Assembly: GCA_965240325.2 (NCBI GenBank)
Contig: OZ251229.1
Span: 2,480,001 to 2,544,000 of the forward strand
Reading direction: 5' to 3'
Source: Rebecca billardiae RCC1528
Lineage: Eukaryota > Protista > Haptophyta
DNA length: 64,000 nucleotides
Positions within the stretch are counted from its first letter, which is position 1, and every line of letters starts with the position of its first letter. The translations under genes and the position numbers were made by a program. Under the pieces are notes generated by a model. The model worked only from the letters and a program-made list of their open reading frames with translations, was not told the DNA's origin and searched no databases. Positions 20,827 to 30,771 of this stretch are shown here, one piece after another.

Positions 20827-22111
20827 ATGGGCTGGGCCGTCGTGCTCGCGGCACTCGGCGCGTTCTGCTCGCCGCAGCCGTCGCAGCCGCCCCTCCGGAC
20901 GCTGGGGCAGTCGATCACGCGGGTCTCGCCGACGCGTCCACCCGCGCTCGCGCCCTTCCCGACTCCGCGCGTGCACGCGCGCTCCGCTCGCTCGGTGCGC
21001 GCGGCCGTGCGCGGCGGCGTGGCGGCGACTGGAGACAGCGGGGCCTCGCCCGAGCCCGCGCCTCGCGGCATGCGCAAGTGGCTGCTTCGCTACCGCACCT
21101 TCCTGCTGCTCGCCGCCCTCATCCTGCAGAAGTGCGTCACCGACATCCTCACCAACTACTCGCGTAAGCAGACCGCCTACTCGGCGACCTCGGTCGCGCT
21201 CGTGGGCGAGGTGGTGAAGTTCCCGCTGCTGGTGGTGGCGGTGATCGCGTTCGGCGGCGGGGCGAAGCGCGTCACGCCGGTCATCCGCGGCTGCTTCACG
21301 AAGCAGCCCTTCAGCCTCACCTGGGTCAGCCTGTGCTACTCCGTGCAGAATGTGCTCTACTTCCTCGCGCTCTCTCACCTCTCGCCCGAGTCGTACCAGG
21401 TGCTCAGCCAGTCCAAGCTGCTCTTCACGGCGTTCCTGATGATGGGCATGCTCGGCACGCGCCTGCGCGCGATGCAGTGGAGCGCGCTCGGCATGCTGCT
21501 CGGCGGCTCGCTCCTCGTGCAGCTGTCGGAGGCGTCGCGCGCGGTCGTCGACGGCGGCAACGCGTACCTGGGCGGCGTCTGGGCCATCCTCGGCTCGCTG
21601 CTCGGCGCGCTGCCCAACGTGTACTACGAGAAGCTGCTCAAGCAGCCAGGCACGGACGAGTGGGTGCGCAACATGCAGATGACCTTCTGGATCTTCCTGT
21701 GGATCATCGTCTCGATGGGCTTCGAGGGCAAGGGGCTGAAGGCGCTCTCGTTTGTCGGCTTCACGCCGATCGTGTGGACCATCGTCGCGCTCAAGTCGCT
21801 CAACTGCCTGCTCATCCCGGCGACGCTCAAGTACGCGGACAACATCCAGTATAGCTATGCGAAGCCCACGTCTATCGTGCTGACGTGCATCCTCTCGTCG
21901 CTCGTGAGCGGTGTGTCGCCCGCGCCCCGCCGGCTGCGAGTCGCGTGCGGGCGCGCGTCCGCGCAGCGCCGACCGCCCGCCCTCACACGACCCCTGTGCC
22001 CGCGCGCATTGCACAGGCTCGCTTCCAACACCTCGCTTCCTGGCGGGCATGGTGCTGGTGCTCGGCTCCATCACCCTCTACAACCGCAAGCCGAAGGCGA
22101 AGGAGGCGTAA
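20827..22111 (+). CDS. Nucleotide-sugar transporter (SLC35A / CMP-Sia-UDP-Gal family) with a bipartite-like leader; intron 21911-22016
   Basis: YSATSVALVGEVVK, YSVQNVLYFLAL, YQVLSQSKLLFTA, QWSALGML, NVYYEKLLK, WVRNMQM and LKYADNI. The GT..AG intron restores the last TM helix. Confidence 0.9.
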
Positions 22112-23139
22112 TATGACGCGCACCCACGTCCTCCGCCATCCGCCTCGCGGTCCAGTCCGGTCGGATGGCAACTTGGTCTGGTGGACCTACGGCTCACTCA
22201 GTAGACGGCGTACCGTCACCGTGCTCGGTCCTGCGGGATGGGCCGCACCGAGCCCTCAGGCTTCACCTTGCCGCACGAACCTCGACCAGTCGACCCCATG
22301 CCGAGCGCAACAAAAGGCCTGCTGGCCGCCTGGGGCCGGTCGGTTTCGTCCGCCCGAGCCGACCAGTGCAGAGTGCTGCCAGTGGACGCACGCGGAGCTT
22401 GGACCCGGAGGCGGAGTGGCGGAGCTGACCGCTGTCCGCTTAGCGGCGGCTTAGCCGTAGCGCCAGCGGGAGTTAGCGTTATAGATCACCGATTGGTGAA
22501 CCGGCCACTGCTGAGGCGGGTGCAAGGTCGACCGCGGGCGACTGTTACACAATAATAATCAATATACACTAGGCTGCTGATGAGCGGCCACCACCGCGCG
22601 GCGTTGCCGCTGCCCTGGGCGGCCTGGGCCGCCGGCGCCCGGCGCGGCGGCCTGGCGCGGCGGCGCGCAGCCTCAGCCCAGCCAGCCCAGGGACAGGGTC
22701 AGGGTGGCGGCCTGGCCGGGCGCCGCGGCCCGCGGGCGGCCAGCCCCTCTCACTGAGTCACTACTACTACGGTATATTTAGTCTCATCAGGCCTCATGGC
22801 AAGGGCCGCAGACTACTCCGGCATCAGAGCCAGAGCCTGGCCTTTCGGCGCGATCGGTATCCGTCCGCTTATAATAAGCCTGTGGCCGTGTCCTGAGGCG
22901 TCGGGCACGTCGGCGTCGTGGCCCGCCGATTCCGGGCCCTCCGGCCCCCGCCGGGCCAGACCGCCGCCGCCGGGCCCCGGGGCGGCCGATCCGGAGTGCC
23001 CGAGTAATTCAGCGCCGGCTGCTGTCGGTAGTCGTCGTCGGTGACTCGCCCGCGAGATCAAGCGAGTCTCGATGACGGGCTGTCGCGCCAATGCCGCCTC
23101 CACGCAGTCCACGTGCAGCGTGCCATCTCCAGCTGCTAG

Positions 23140-23946
23140 CTACCTGCCGCCTCCCGGTATGAATGGCTTCGGATTGGGCTCGCGCTTGCCCGGGGGTGGA
23201 AACTCCTCGTCAAGAACGGTGAGCGTGAGGAAAATGAGACGCATGCTCTGGCTCAGGATGGCTGTCTCCATGGCCGAGCGCTCCTGCTCGGGCTGACTTT
23301 CACCACCGAGGAGCTCCTCGAGCTTGAGGGCCTGGAGGGTGAAGCCGCGCCGTTTGCGGTCGACCACGCCGCGCACGAACGGCTCGAACTTGGCGCGCGT
23401 GTCCTCGGGCACGGTGGCGCCCACGTTGGCAGCGAGGCGCGCCGGGTGGTCCACGGCCTCAAGAGTGAGGTACACGAGGGCAATCCACAGGCTACGGAGA
23501 TCCACCTCCTCCGCCATTAGGGGCCGGCCCGCCGTCTGCGTCTCGACCATCGAGAGCGCAAGTGAGATCGCCGGGATTGTACACCCAATCTCGTAGGCTC
23601 CCTTCGCGGAGACAATGAAGAGTTTGAGCGTGTCCACGTAGCCGCTTGAAACATCCATACACGCACGCACGAAAGACACCTCTATAAGCTCGGCAACCTT
23701 GGCCGTCGTCAACTCGGCGGGTGGCTCATTATTGTCGCTTGCGTCCGCGAGAACCGCCGCGCGTTTGCAATAGGAGGGCTGCAGGCAGGTGTTGCCGTTG
23801 GTCGTGAAGCGACGACCAAGGCAGTGCTTTGGAGCGCGTGGCTGCACCACGAACGCCGAGGTCGTGCTCGCGGTCAGCGCGAGCACGAGGAGCAGGAAAC
23901 CGCCGAGACGGCCTACCTCACGTGTGCGGCATGGACCCGCCATCAT
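23140..23946 (-). CDS. Plastid-targeted hypothetical protein
   Basis: Hydrophobic signal LLLVLALTASTTSAF (ASAF-like cleavage site), a basic transit-like region, then a globular acidic domain. Confidence 0.75.
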   Translation of the reverse strand: MMAGPCRTREVGRLGGFLLLVLALTASTTSAFVVQPRAPKHCLGRRFTTNGNTCLQPSYCKRAAVLADASDNNEPPAELTTAKVAELIEVSFVRACMDVSSGYVDTLKLFIVSAKGAYEIGCTIPAISLALSMVETQTAGRPLMAEEVDLRSLWIALVYLTLEAVDHPARLAANVGATVPEDTRAKFEPFVRGVVDRKRRGFTLQALKLEELLGGESQPEQERSAMETAILSQSMRLIFLTLTVLDEEFPPPGKREPNPKPFIPGGGR

Positions 23947-24969
23947 TCCATCAATACTGTACGGTAAGCATCATCAGCCGACAGCAGGCCGTTTTTACTG
24001 ATATGCGAATTCGCGGCAGGGTCGCAGGAGCACGGCAGGAGTGAGCAGGACGGTGGCGGTGGCGGTGCAGCGGCGAGCTCAGTGTCACCAGTGATTGCTC
24101 ACGAGTCACGACTCATGATCACGAACGGCTGAATCCTAGGTCTGTCTGTGTCTCTTCAGTCTTCATTCTTGCATGTTGAGGGAGTCGTCGTCGCCGATGC
24201 TGATCACACGGAGGCCAGTAGCCAGTAGGCGCCCCTGAGGGATGCGCACGCCGCTGTAAAGTCGTGTATTTGCAGTCGTCGCCGCGACCTTGGTCATCAT
24301 GTAGTAGTCCCCGCGTCGTCGTCCGAGGCTATTCAAGTTGACTACGAGAACGATATTGTATTTTGTAAGTGTTACACATTTAACGCCAGCGTAAATTACA
24401 TGTATATATATATACCGACGATTACGGGCCGGGATCCGGTTCCAGCGGTTCCTGGACTCTGGACTTCTGCTGGAGTCTGGAGGCTCGCGATGGCTCAGCA
24501 GGAGCGGCGCCGCGGGCCTCGAGCGCCGGAGGCGCGGAGCGCGGGCACCACCCGCCAGTCCACCGTGAGGCGGGCTGACTCCGAGATTGTGCCGCCGGGC
24601 GCTGTGAACAGTGAAGTACGTGATGACGAGCGGCCACTAGTACTACTCGGCCAAGGCCATCATCAGTCCCGGCTCAATACGGCTAGGCTGCGGGGCGGCT
24701 CTGGACTCACTGGAGCGCGCTGCGCGGGCCGTTGCCAGTCGGCGCAGCGGCAGTCCGCGCCACGCCCGGGCCGCGTCGCCCGCTGCCGCGTCGCCGTCGG
24801 AATCCGACAGCAGCGAAGAGTCCGGTGAGGCGACTCGGTCAGACTCGGCCTGGACGGGAAGAGGCGAGCGATCAGCTCGGCATCCGACTCAAAAGCCTCC
24901 GGGATGAATGTCTCCATGGAGATTGGAGTCTGGACGCTGAGGATGGTGGATGGATCAGCAGCGCCCCGC

Positions 24970-26061
24970 CTAGCGCGCGCTCACCGAGCCCTGCGCGTGG
25001 ATCCCCGCGGCAGGGAGCTCGTGCGCGTCCACCTCGCGCAGCGCAGCGAGCAGCGCATCGATCGTCGCGTGCGCCGCGCTCAGCTCGGCGCGCAGGGCGT
25101 GCACCTCCGCGCCGCGCGTTCGGTACATGGGTGCGGCGCCGCCGTCAATCACGCTGACGGTCGCGCCGCGCTGGAGCTTGGCGAGCTCCTTAGTGCGCTC
25201 AGAACGCGCGTCCTCCTCCCAGCGCGCCGACGCCGGACCACGCGGCGGCTTGGCGCTAGCGGCGCTGGCCGTCGCGCCCGCGCAGAAGCTCGAGCTGGCC
25301 GAGGCGACCGCGGCCGCGCTCGGGCCGCTCCCGCGGCGGCGGCTGCGCTTGGCCATCTGCGCGTTGGCCACGTTCGAGCGCACAAAGTCGCGGGTCCAGT
25401 TGAATGTGAACGGGTGGAGGTGCTGCGTGTCGTCCGATATCAGCGCGTCGGCGAGCGCGGCCTCCGCCGCCGCGGCGATCGTGCTCCGCTGGTCTGCCAG
25501 CTTGAGCGCTCGCACGCCCTGGCCGCCCGGCGAGCGCAGCGCAGATGCGATCGCCGAGATGCCGTTGCCCGAGATGTGGTTGAGCTCGAGGTCGATGTGC
25601 GTGAGCGGGCACGCCTCGCTCCGGATCATGTGCTCCGCGATGTACGCCGCGTGCTCGTCCTTCAGCTCGCACCCGATCAGCCGCAGTCTGACTAGGCCGC
25701 CGACGGGCAGCGCCTCGAGCAGCTGGCGCGTCTCCGCGTCGCTGAACTTGGCCCACAGGCCCTCGATCTCGACGTTGGTCGGGTCGATGGCGCCGCTCTT
25801 GATCCGCTCGACCTCCTCAGCGAAGGCACGAGGCGTCGCCGTCCTCATCCCGCCCTCCAGCCGCGCATCGAGCTTGGAGCGGAACGCTCCCATGTCCGAG
25901 CGTCGCTCCCGCTGGCTGACGGCCTCCTCGTGCCGCTGCTCCAGCTGATGCCGCGCGCGGTCCTCAGTATGGCGGTCGACGCTCTGCGCCATCGCCAGGT
26001 ACGCGGCGCGGCGGGCGGCGATCGACGGCATCGCCGCCGCGTCGCCGTTGGCCCCAGCCAT
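24970..26061 (-). CDS. Tropomodulin-like LRR protein, copy 1
   Basis: LTHIDLELNHISGNGISAIASAL...LKLADQRSTI..AEAALADAL...FTFNWTRDFVRSNVANAQM resembles the tropomodulin LRR cap (LNVESNFISG..LKIDNQ..FGYHFT..R..NAMM). Confidence 0.7.
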   Translation of the reverse strand: MAGANGDAAAMPSIAARRAAYLAMAQSVDRHTEDRARHQLEQRHEEAVSQRERRSDMGAFRSKLDARLEGGMRTATPRAFAEEVERIKSGAIDPTNVEIEGLWAKFSDAETRQLLEALPVGGLVRLRLIGCELKDEHAAYIAEHMIRSEACPLTHIDLELNHISGNGISAIASALRSPGGQGVRALKLADQRSTIAAAAEAALADALISDDTQHLHPFTFNWTRDFVRSNVANAQMAKRSRRRGSGPSAAAVASASSSFCAGATASAASAKPPRGPASARWEEDARSERTKELAKLQRGATVSVIDGGAAPMYRTRGAEVHALRAELSAAHATIDALLAALREVDAHELPAAGIHAQGSVSAR

Positions 26062-26416
26062 CGCGCTCGCCGTCGACTCGCGTTCACGCGACGGTGCGCG
26101 TTCCAGCGAGTCCAACGATGGCTGCGGCGCTGTCGTCGCCCAGTGAGTGGCATCTTCAAGTCAGGGCGACGAACGCACGTTGGAGAGTCCACAAACCGGC
26201 CTTGGTCATTTCAGCAGCCGCGATGACGCACGAAAAATGATTTGGACGCAGTATTCGGGCATATTCGACGAGGATTTGTCATATCATCATGACTCGGGTT
26301 GTCGGCTCGTCGCGCAGCACCAACTCCAAACCGCGCGGCCCCGCGATCATCGAGTCCCTGCATCGAAGTGATGCACACGTGATACTGCTCTGAGTAGCTA
26401 CACGAGTGTCAGTAAC

Positions 26417-27391
26417 TTATGACTTTCGTGCAAATGACATGAACGCACGCACACAGCTGAAGCAACGCGCATCCTCCTCCCAGCGCGCCGACGCCGGCTC
26501 ACGCGGCGGCTTGGCGCTACCGGCGCTGGCCGTCGCGCCCACCGGCTCACGCGGCGGCTTGGCGCTGCCGGCGCTGGCCGTCGCGCGGCCCGCCGGCTCA
26601 CGCGGCAGCTTGGCGCTGCCGGCGCTGGCCGTAGCGCCCGCGGAGACGCTCGAGCTGGCCGAGGCGACCCTGGCCGCGCTCGGGCCGCTCCCGCGGCGCC
26701 GGCTGTGCTTGGCCATCTGCGCGTTGGCCACGTTCGTACGCATAGAGTCGAGCGTCCAGTTGAATGTGAACGGGTGGAGGTGCTGCGTGTCTTCCGATGT
26801 CAGCGCGTCGGCGAGCGCTCTCTCGGCTGCCGCGGCGATCGTGCTCCGCTGGTCTGCCAGCTTGAGCGCTCGCACGCCCTGGCCGCCCGGCGAGCGCAGC
26901 GCAGATGCGATCGCCGAGATGCCGTTGCCCGAGATGTTATTGAGCTCGAGGTCGATGTGCGTGAGCGGGCACGCCTCGCTCCGGATCATGTGCTCCGCGA
27001 TGTACACCGCGTGCTCGTCCTTGAGCTCGCACGCGATCAGCCGCAGTCTGACTAGGCCGCCGACGGGCAGCGCCTCGAGCAGCTGGCGCGTCTCCGCGTC
27101 GCTGAACTTGGCCCACAGGCCCTCGATCTCGACGTTGGTCGGGTCGATGGCGCCGCTCTTGATCCGCTCGACCTCCTCAGCGAAGGCGTTCGCCGTTGCC
27201 GTCCTCATCCCGCCCTTCAACCGCGCCTCGAGCTTGGAGCGGAACGCTCCCATGTCCGAGCGTCGCTCCCGCTGGCTGACGGCCTCCTCGCGCCGCTGCT
27301 CCAGCTGATGCCGCGCGGTCTCCTCGGCTTGGCGGTCGACGCTCTGCGCAATCTCCAGGTAAGCAGCGCGGCGGGCGGCGATCGACGGCAT
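26417..27391 (-). CDS. Tropomodulin-like LRR protein, copy 2 (tandem duplicate with altered C-terminus)
   Basis: Highly similar to copy 1. GATASAGSAKPPREP is triplicated and the C-terminal coiled coil is replaced by a short tail. Confidence 0.65.
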   Translation of the reverse strand: MPSIAARRAAYLEIAQSVDRQAEETARHQLEQRREEAVSQRERRSDMGAFRSKLEARLKGGMRTATANAFAEEVERIKSGAIDPTNVEIEGLWAKFSDAETRQLLEALPVGGLVRLRLIACELKDEHAVYIAEHMIRSEACPLTHIDLELNNISGNGISAIASALRSPGGQGVRALKLADQRSTIAAAAERALADALTSEDTQHLHPFTFNWTLDSMRTNVANAQMAKHSRRRGSGPSAARVASASSSVSAGATASAGSAKLPREPAGRATASAGSAKPPREPVGATASAGSAKPPREPASARWEEDARCFSCVRAFMSFARKS

Positions 27392-27669
27392 CGCTGCCGC
27401 GTCGAGGTGGCGCACTGGGTGAGAGCGGATCGTCAACCGGATGAGGAATCAGCATTCAGCATCAGCAGCGAAAAATGAATGCTGCTGACGAATTTGGCCA
27501 GGATTCGTTTCCGCAAACGCGTGCGCTTGGCGGCCTTCCACGCCGTGCGCAACTCATCGGCCCCGGTGCCAATGCCGATGGCCGATCGAGAGACGAGAGT
27601 CCCTGATCAACTTCAACAGTGACAGTTTACGTAGTAGCGAGCTCAGTCCGACCGAAGCTGATAGCTGCG

Positions 27670-30033
27670 TCAGCCCATGTGCTCAGGCAAGGACTGGGAC
27701 CGTTGGTCCCGAGCGGTGGACCCCGCCGGCTTCGCCGCGCGCAGTCGCAAGCGGGGTGCGAACGTGCCGCCTCCGCGCGCCTTGCCCGGGCGGCTGGCGG
27801 CCGAGCCCGTCGTCGAGCGAAAACTGCCCGACTGCGACTGGCACGCGGACGCTGTTGTCGACGCGCAGAGCGACGAGCCGATCGAGCAGCCGACCGAGAG
27901 GCCCTTGGCCGTGATCGCGTCGCTCGCGATCGTGGCGTCCTCGTCGTCGCTGTCCGGGTCGACGCTGCGCTGGCTCGACATGGAGGGCGAGGGCACGGTG
28001 CTGGGCACGTTGCTGGCCACCTGCTGCCGCCTCGTCGTGCGGGGCGTCCAGCGCTCCGCGAGGATCGCGCGCAGAGCGGCGCCGCCGGCACCGGCGACAG
28101 CGCCGGCGTTCGTGATGGGCTCGTCGGATGCACTCGGCATGTCGGCCGAGGCGTCGGCCGACGCGTCGGCCGAGGCGTCGGCCGATGGGCTCGGCTCGAG
28201 CATCGACGTGCCGGCCTCGGCTGGCGCAGGCGGGCGCGCGGGCGGCGCCGGCGGCGCGGCCTCGTGCCGAGCGAGCGGCGCGCCGCTGTGCGCCCACGCG
28301 TGGAACGGCAGCGGCTGGCGCGCCATCGCCACGCCGGGCCAGTCGACGTTGTCGCCCAGGTTGGCGCGCGGCAGCGGCGCGGACTGCGGCACCTCCGCGA
28401 GCCGCGGCTTGGCGCGCTCGGCCTCGGCGAGCTGCTCGAGCGCATCGCGCAGCCACGCGATGCCCGCCGAGTCCTTGTCCACGCACGCGTCCAGGCCGGC
28501 GGCCTCGAAGGCCTCGCGCTCGGTCGAGCCGACGGGGTCGCCGGTGAGGCCGATGATGGCGCCGACGAAGCCCGCCGCGCGCAGCCGGCGCGTCGCGTCG
28601 GTGCCCGTCATCCGCGGCATCTGGTTGTCCATCAGGATGAGGTCGTACGGGCTGTGGCTCGGGCGGCGCAGCACGCGCTCGAGGCACTGCGCGCCGTCGA
28701 CAGCGTGCTCGACCTCGCAGCCGAGCGGCTTGAGGAGGGTGGCCTCGAGGCTGAGGTGGAGGAAGGGGTCGTCCTCGGCGTGGAGCACGAGCAGGCAGTG
28801 CCCGCTCTGCTCGTCCTCCTTGACGGCGGCGACGCGATCCTCGGCGCTGAAGCGGCTCATGCCCGTCGGCGTGATGGGCGCCGACCGCGAGTAGCGGCGC
28901 GGCCGGAACGGCGAGTAGCGCGGCGGCGGCGGCAGCACGATGCGCTTCTGCTTGGGCTCGTGCCCGGCGGCGGACGCGAGGGCCATGTGCTCCACGTTCG
29001 CACAGCCCGTGCCCGGGAAGCGGTTCGGCGGCGCCTCCGGCGTCGGCGCCGCCGAGGCGATGTCCTCGAGCGTCATCGAGCGCAGCCGCTCGCGCGCGCG
29101 GTTCTTGCTGCGCGGCGTGGTCGTGTCGAGCATCTCGCTCTCCTCGGGCACGCTGCCCTCGATGGCGCGGGTGGTGGAGCCGCGGCGGGAGGGCGCGCGG
29201 GGCGCGAACGCGACCTCGCGGCAGCGGATGAGCAGCTCGCACGTCGCGCCGCGACCCTCGCCCGCCGAGTTCAGGTCGATCGCCGACTTGTCGTGCATCT
29301 TCAGCACGCGCGTCGCGATCGCGAGGCCGAGGCCGGTGCCGCCAAAGCCGCACAGCTGGCCCTTCGTGACCTGGCCGAAGACGTTGTCGCCCGAGGCGAG
29401 GCGCACACGCGCGAGGTCCTGCGCCGCCAGGCCGACGCCGTCGTCGACGATCGTCACGCGGAGCGTGCCCCAGCCCGGGCCGGCGGTGCAGAGGCCGACG
29501 CCCGCTCCGTCCTCGTCCACGTCGGCCCCGTCGATGCGCTCGACGCAGACCTCGACGGAGCCGCCGGACTCGCACGCGCGGATGGCGTTCGAGACGCCCG
29601 AGTTCACGCACTGCCGCAGCCGCCGCAGGTCGCCGTCGAACCGCCGGCCGTCGTCCTCGGGGCAGTGGCGCCCGATGTACTTGGTCGTGAGGCTGACGCC
29701 TCTCGAGAGCGCGATGCTCGCAAACGTGGACTCGACGCCCTCGAGCAGCTCGTGCACGCCGAAGGGCGCGTACTCGAGGACGAGGCGGTTCGAATCAGCC
29801 GCCTCGAAGTCGAGCATGCTGTTCACGACGCCCTCCATCACCTCGGCGCACGCGCGCATCGATGCGACCGTGCCGCGGACGCGCGGCTCGCCGAGGCTCG
29901 TCGCGTCCGGCAGGCTGTCGAGCTCGGCCGCGAAGCCCAGGATGGAAAGCAGGGGCGTGCGGATGTTGTGCATCACATGGCGGATGAGCCGAGCCCGCGC
30001 TATCGCGGTCTCCTTCACGCTCACGTCCTTCAT
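27670..30033 (-). CDS. Hybrid histidine kinase (HisKA + HATPase + receiver)
   Basis: H-box MHNIRTPL, GDLRRLRQCVNSGVSNAIR (N-box), IVDDGVG (G1), GGTGLGLAI (G2). Receiver LHAEDD, YDLILMDNQMPRMTG, IIGLTG and DACVDK. Start codon uncertain. Confidence 0.9.
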   Translation of the reverse strand: MKDVSVKETAIARARLIRHVMHNIRTPLLSILGFAAELDSLPDATSLGEPRVRGTVASMRACAEVMEGVVNSMLDFEAADSNRLVLEYAPFGVHELLEGVESTFASIALSRGVSLTTKYIGRHCPEDDGRRFDGDLRRLRQCVNSGVSNAIRACESGGSVEVCVERIDGADVDEDGAGVGLCTAGPGWGTLRVTIVDDGVGLAAQDLARVRLASGDNVFGQVTKGQLCGFGGTGLGLAIATRVLKMHDKSAIDLNSAGEGRGATCELLIRCREVAFAPRAPSRRGSTTRAIEGSVPEESEMLDTTTPRSKNRARERLRSMTLEDIASAAPTPEAPPNRFPGTGCANVEHMALASAAGHEPKQKRIVLPPPPRYSPFRPRRYSRSAPITPTGMSRFSAEDRVAAVKEDEQSGHCLLVLHAEDDPFLHLSLEATLLKPLGCEVEHAVDGAQCLERVLRRPSHSPYDLILMDNQMPRMTGTDATRRLRAAGFVGAIIGLTGDPVGSTEREAFEAAGLDACVDKDSAGIAWLRDALEQLAEAERAKPRLAEVPQSAPLPRANLGDNVDWPGVAMARQPLPFHAWAHSGAPLARHEAAPPAPPARPPAPAEAGTSMLEPSPSADASADASADASADMPSASDEPITNAGAVAGAGGAALRAILAERWTPRTTRRQQVASNVPSTVPSPSMSSQRSVDPDSDDEDATIASDAITAKGLSVGCSIGSSLCASTTASACQSQSGSFRSTTGSAASRPGKARGGGTFAPRLRLRAAKPAGSTARDQRSQSLPEHMG

Positions 30034-30771
30034 GCTCCGCGCGAGTGATTGCGGGGGGATCGCGGACGCGGGGCCGACCCAATAATGTGGGTACTTGGGT
30101 AAGGTCGCATCGACGAAAAAGGAGCGACCACGCCGAGATCGCGGATTCGCGGCTGCCCAATCACGGGCCAGATCATTGAACCCCATTGGCCAGTGAGCAG
30201 AAAACGCCGCTTTGTGGCATATCAAAACTCCAGAAGTTTCGACATCAGGCCGAATCGACAGTCGTGCTAATGAGGGCTTAAGGTCTTAATAACGAATAGC
30301 AATAGCAAACCAAGATCCGTTTATTGTCATTTGCAAACTCACTTGGTTGCAAAATGAAGCGGTATTTGCGCGCAGCCGATATGATACGCGTCATCACGGC
30401 CAATTTCAACAGGCAGCATTGCGGGTAATATACTAATATGTGTGCTTCGATTCATGAGGGAACCGATTTTTTCGACAACTTCGACCATCTTCGTCGCGCT
30501 AAAACTTATTAACGGATACCTCCCTAATTTGCCTCGCTCCGTCGAATCATCAGTAATCAATCACGAGGGTAATGACTCACTGATGAATACACCCCCGACA
30601 GCCGATACTAATCGAAACTCGTGTAGCCAGCTGGCGAGCGGCAAGGGCATCATCTGGCTTCGGCCCTTCGGGATCTGGCACCGAACTGCAATCTGCTGAT
30701 CTGCAATTGCATGCATGCAAATTGCAATGGCCGATGGCCGCGGCCTGGCCCGGCACGACGTGGCCGTCAAC

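Noticed and set aside
30034-30225. Upstream extension of the histidine kinase ORF
   Set aside because: Non-ATG start, lower GC and no domain signature; treated as UTR or promoter.
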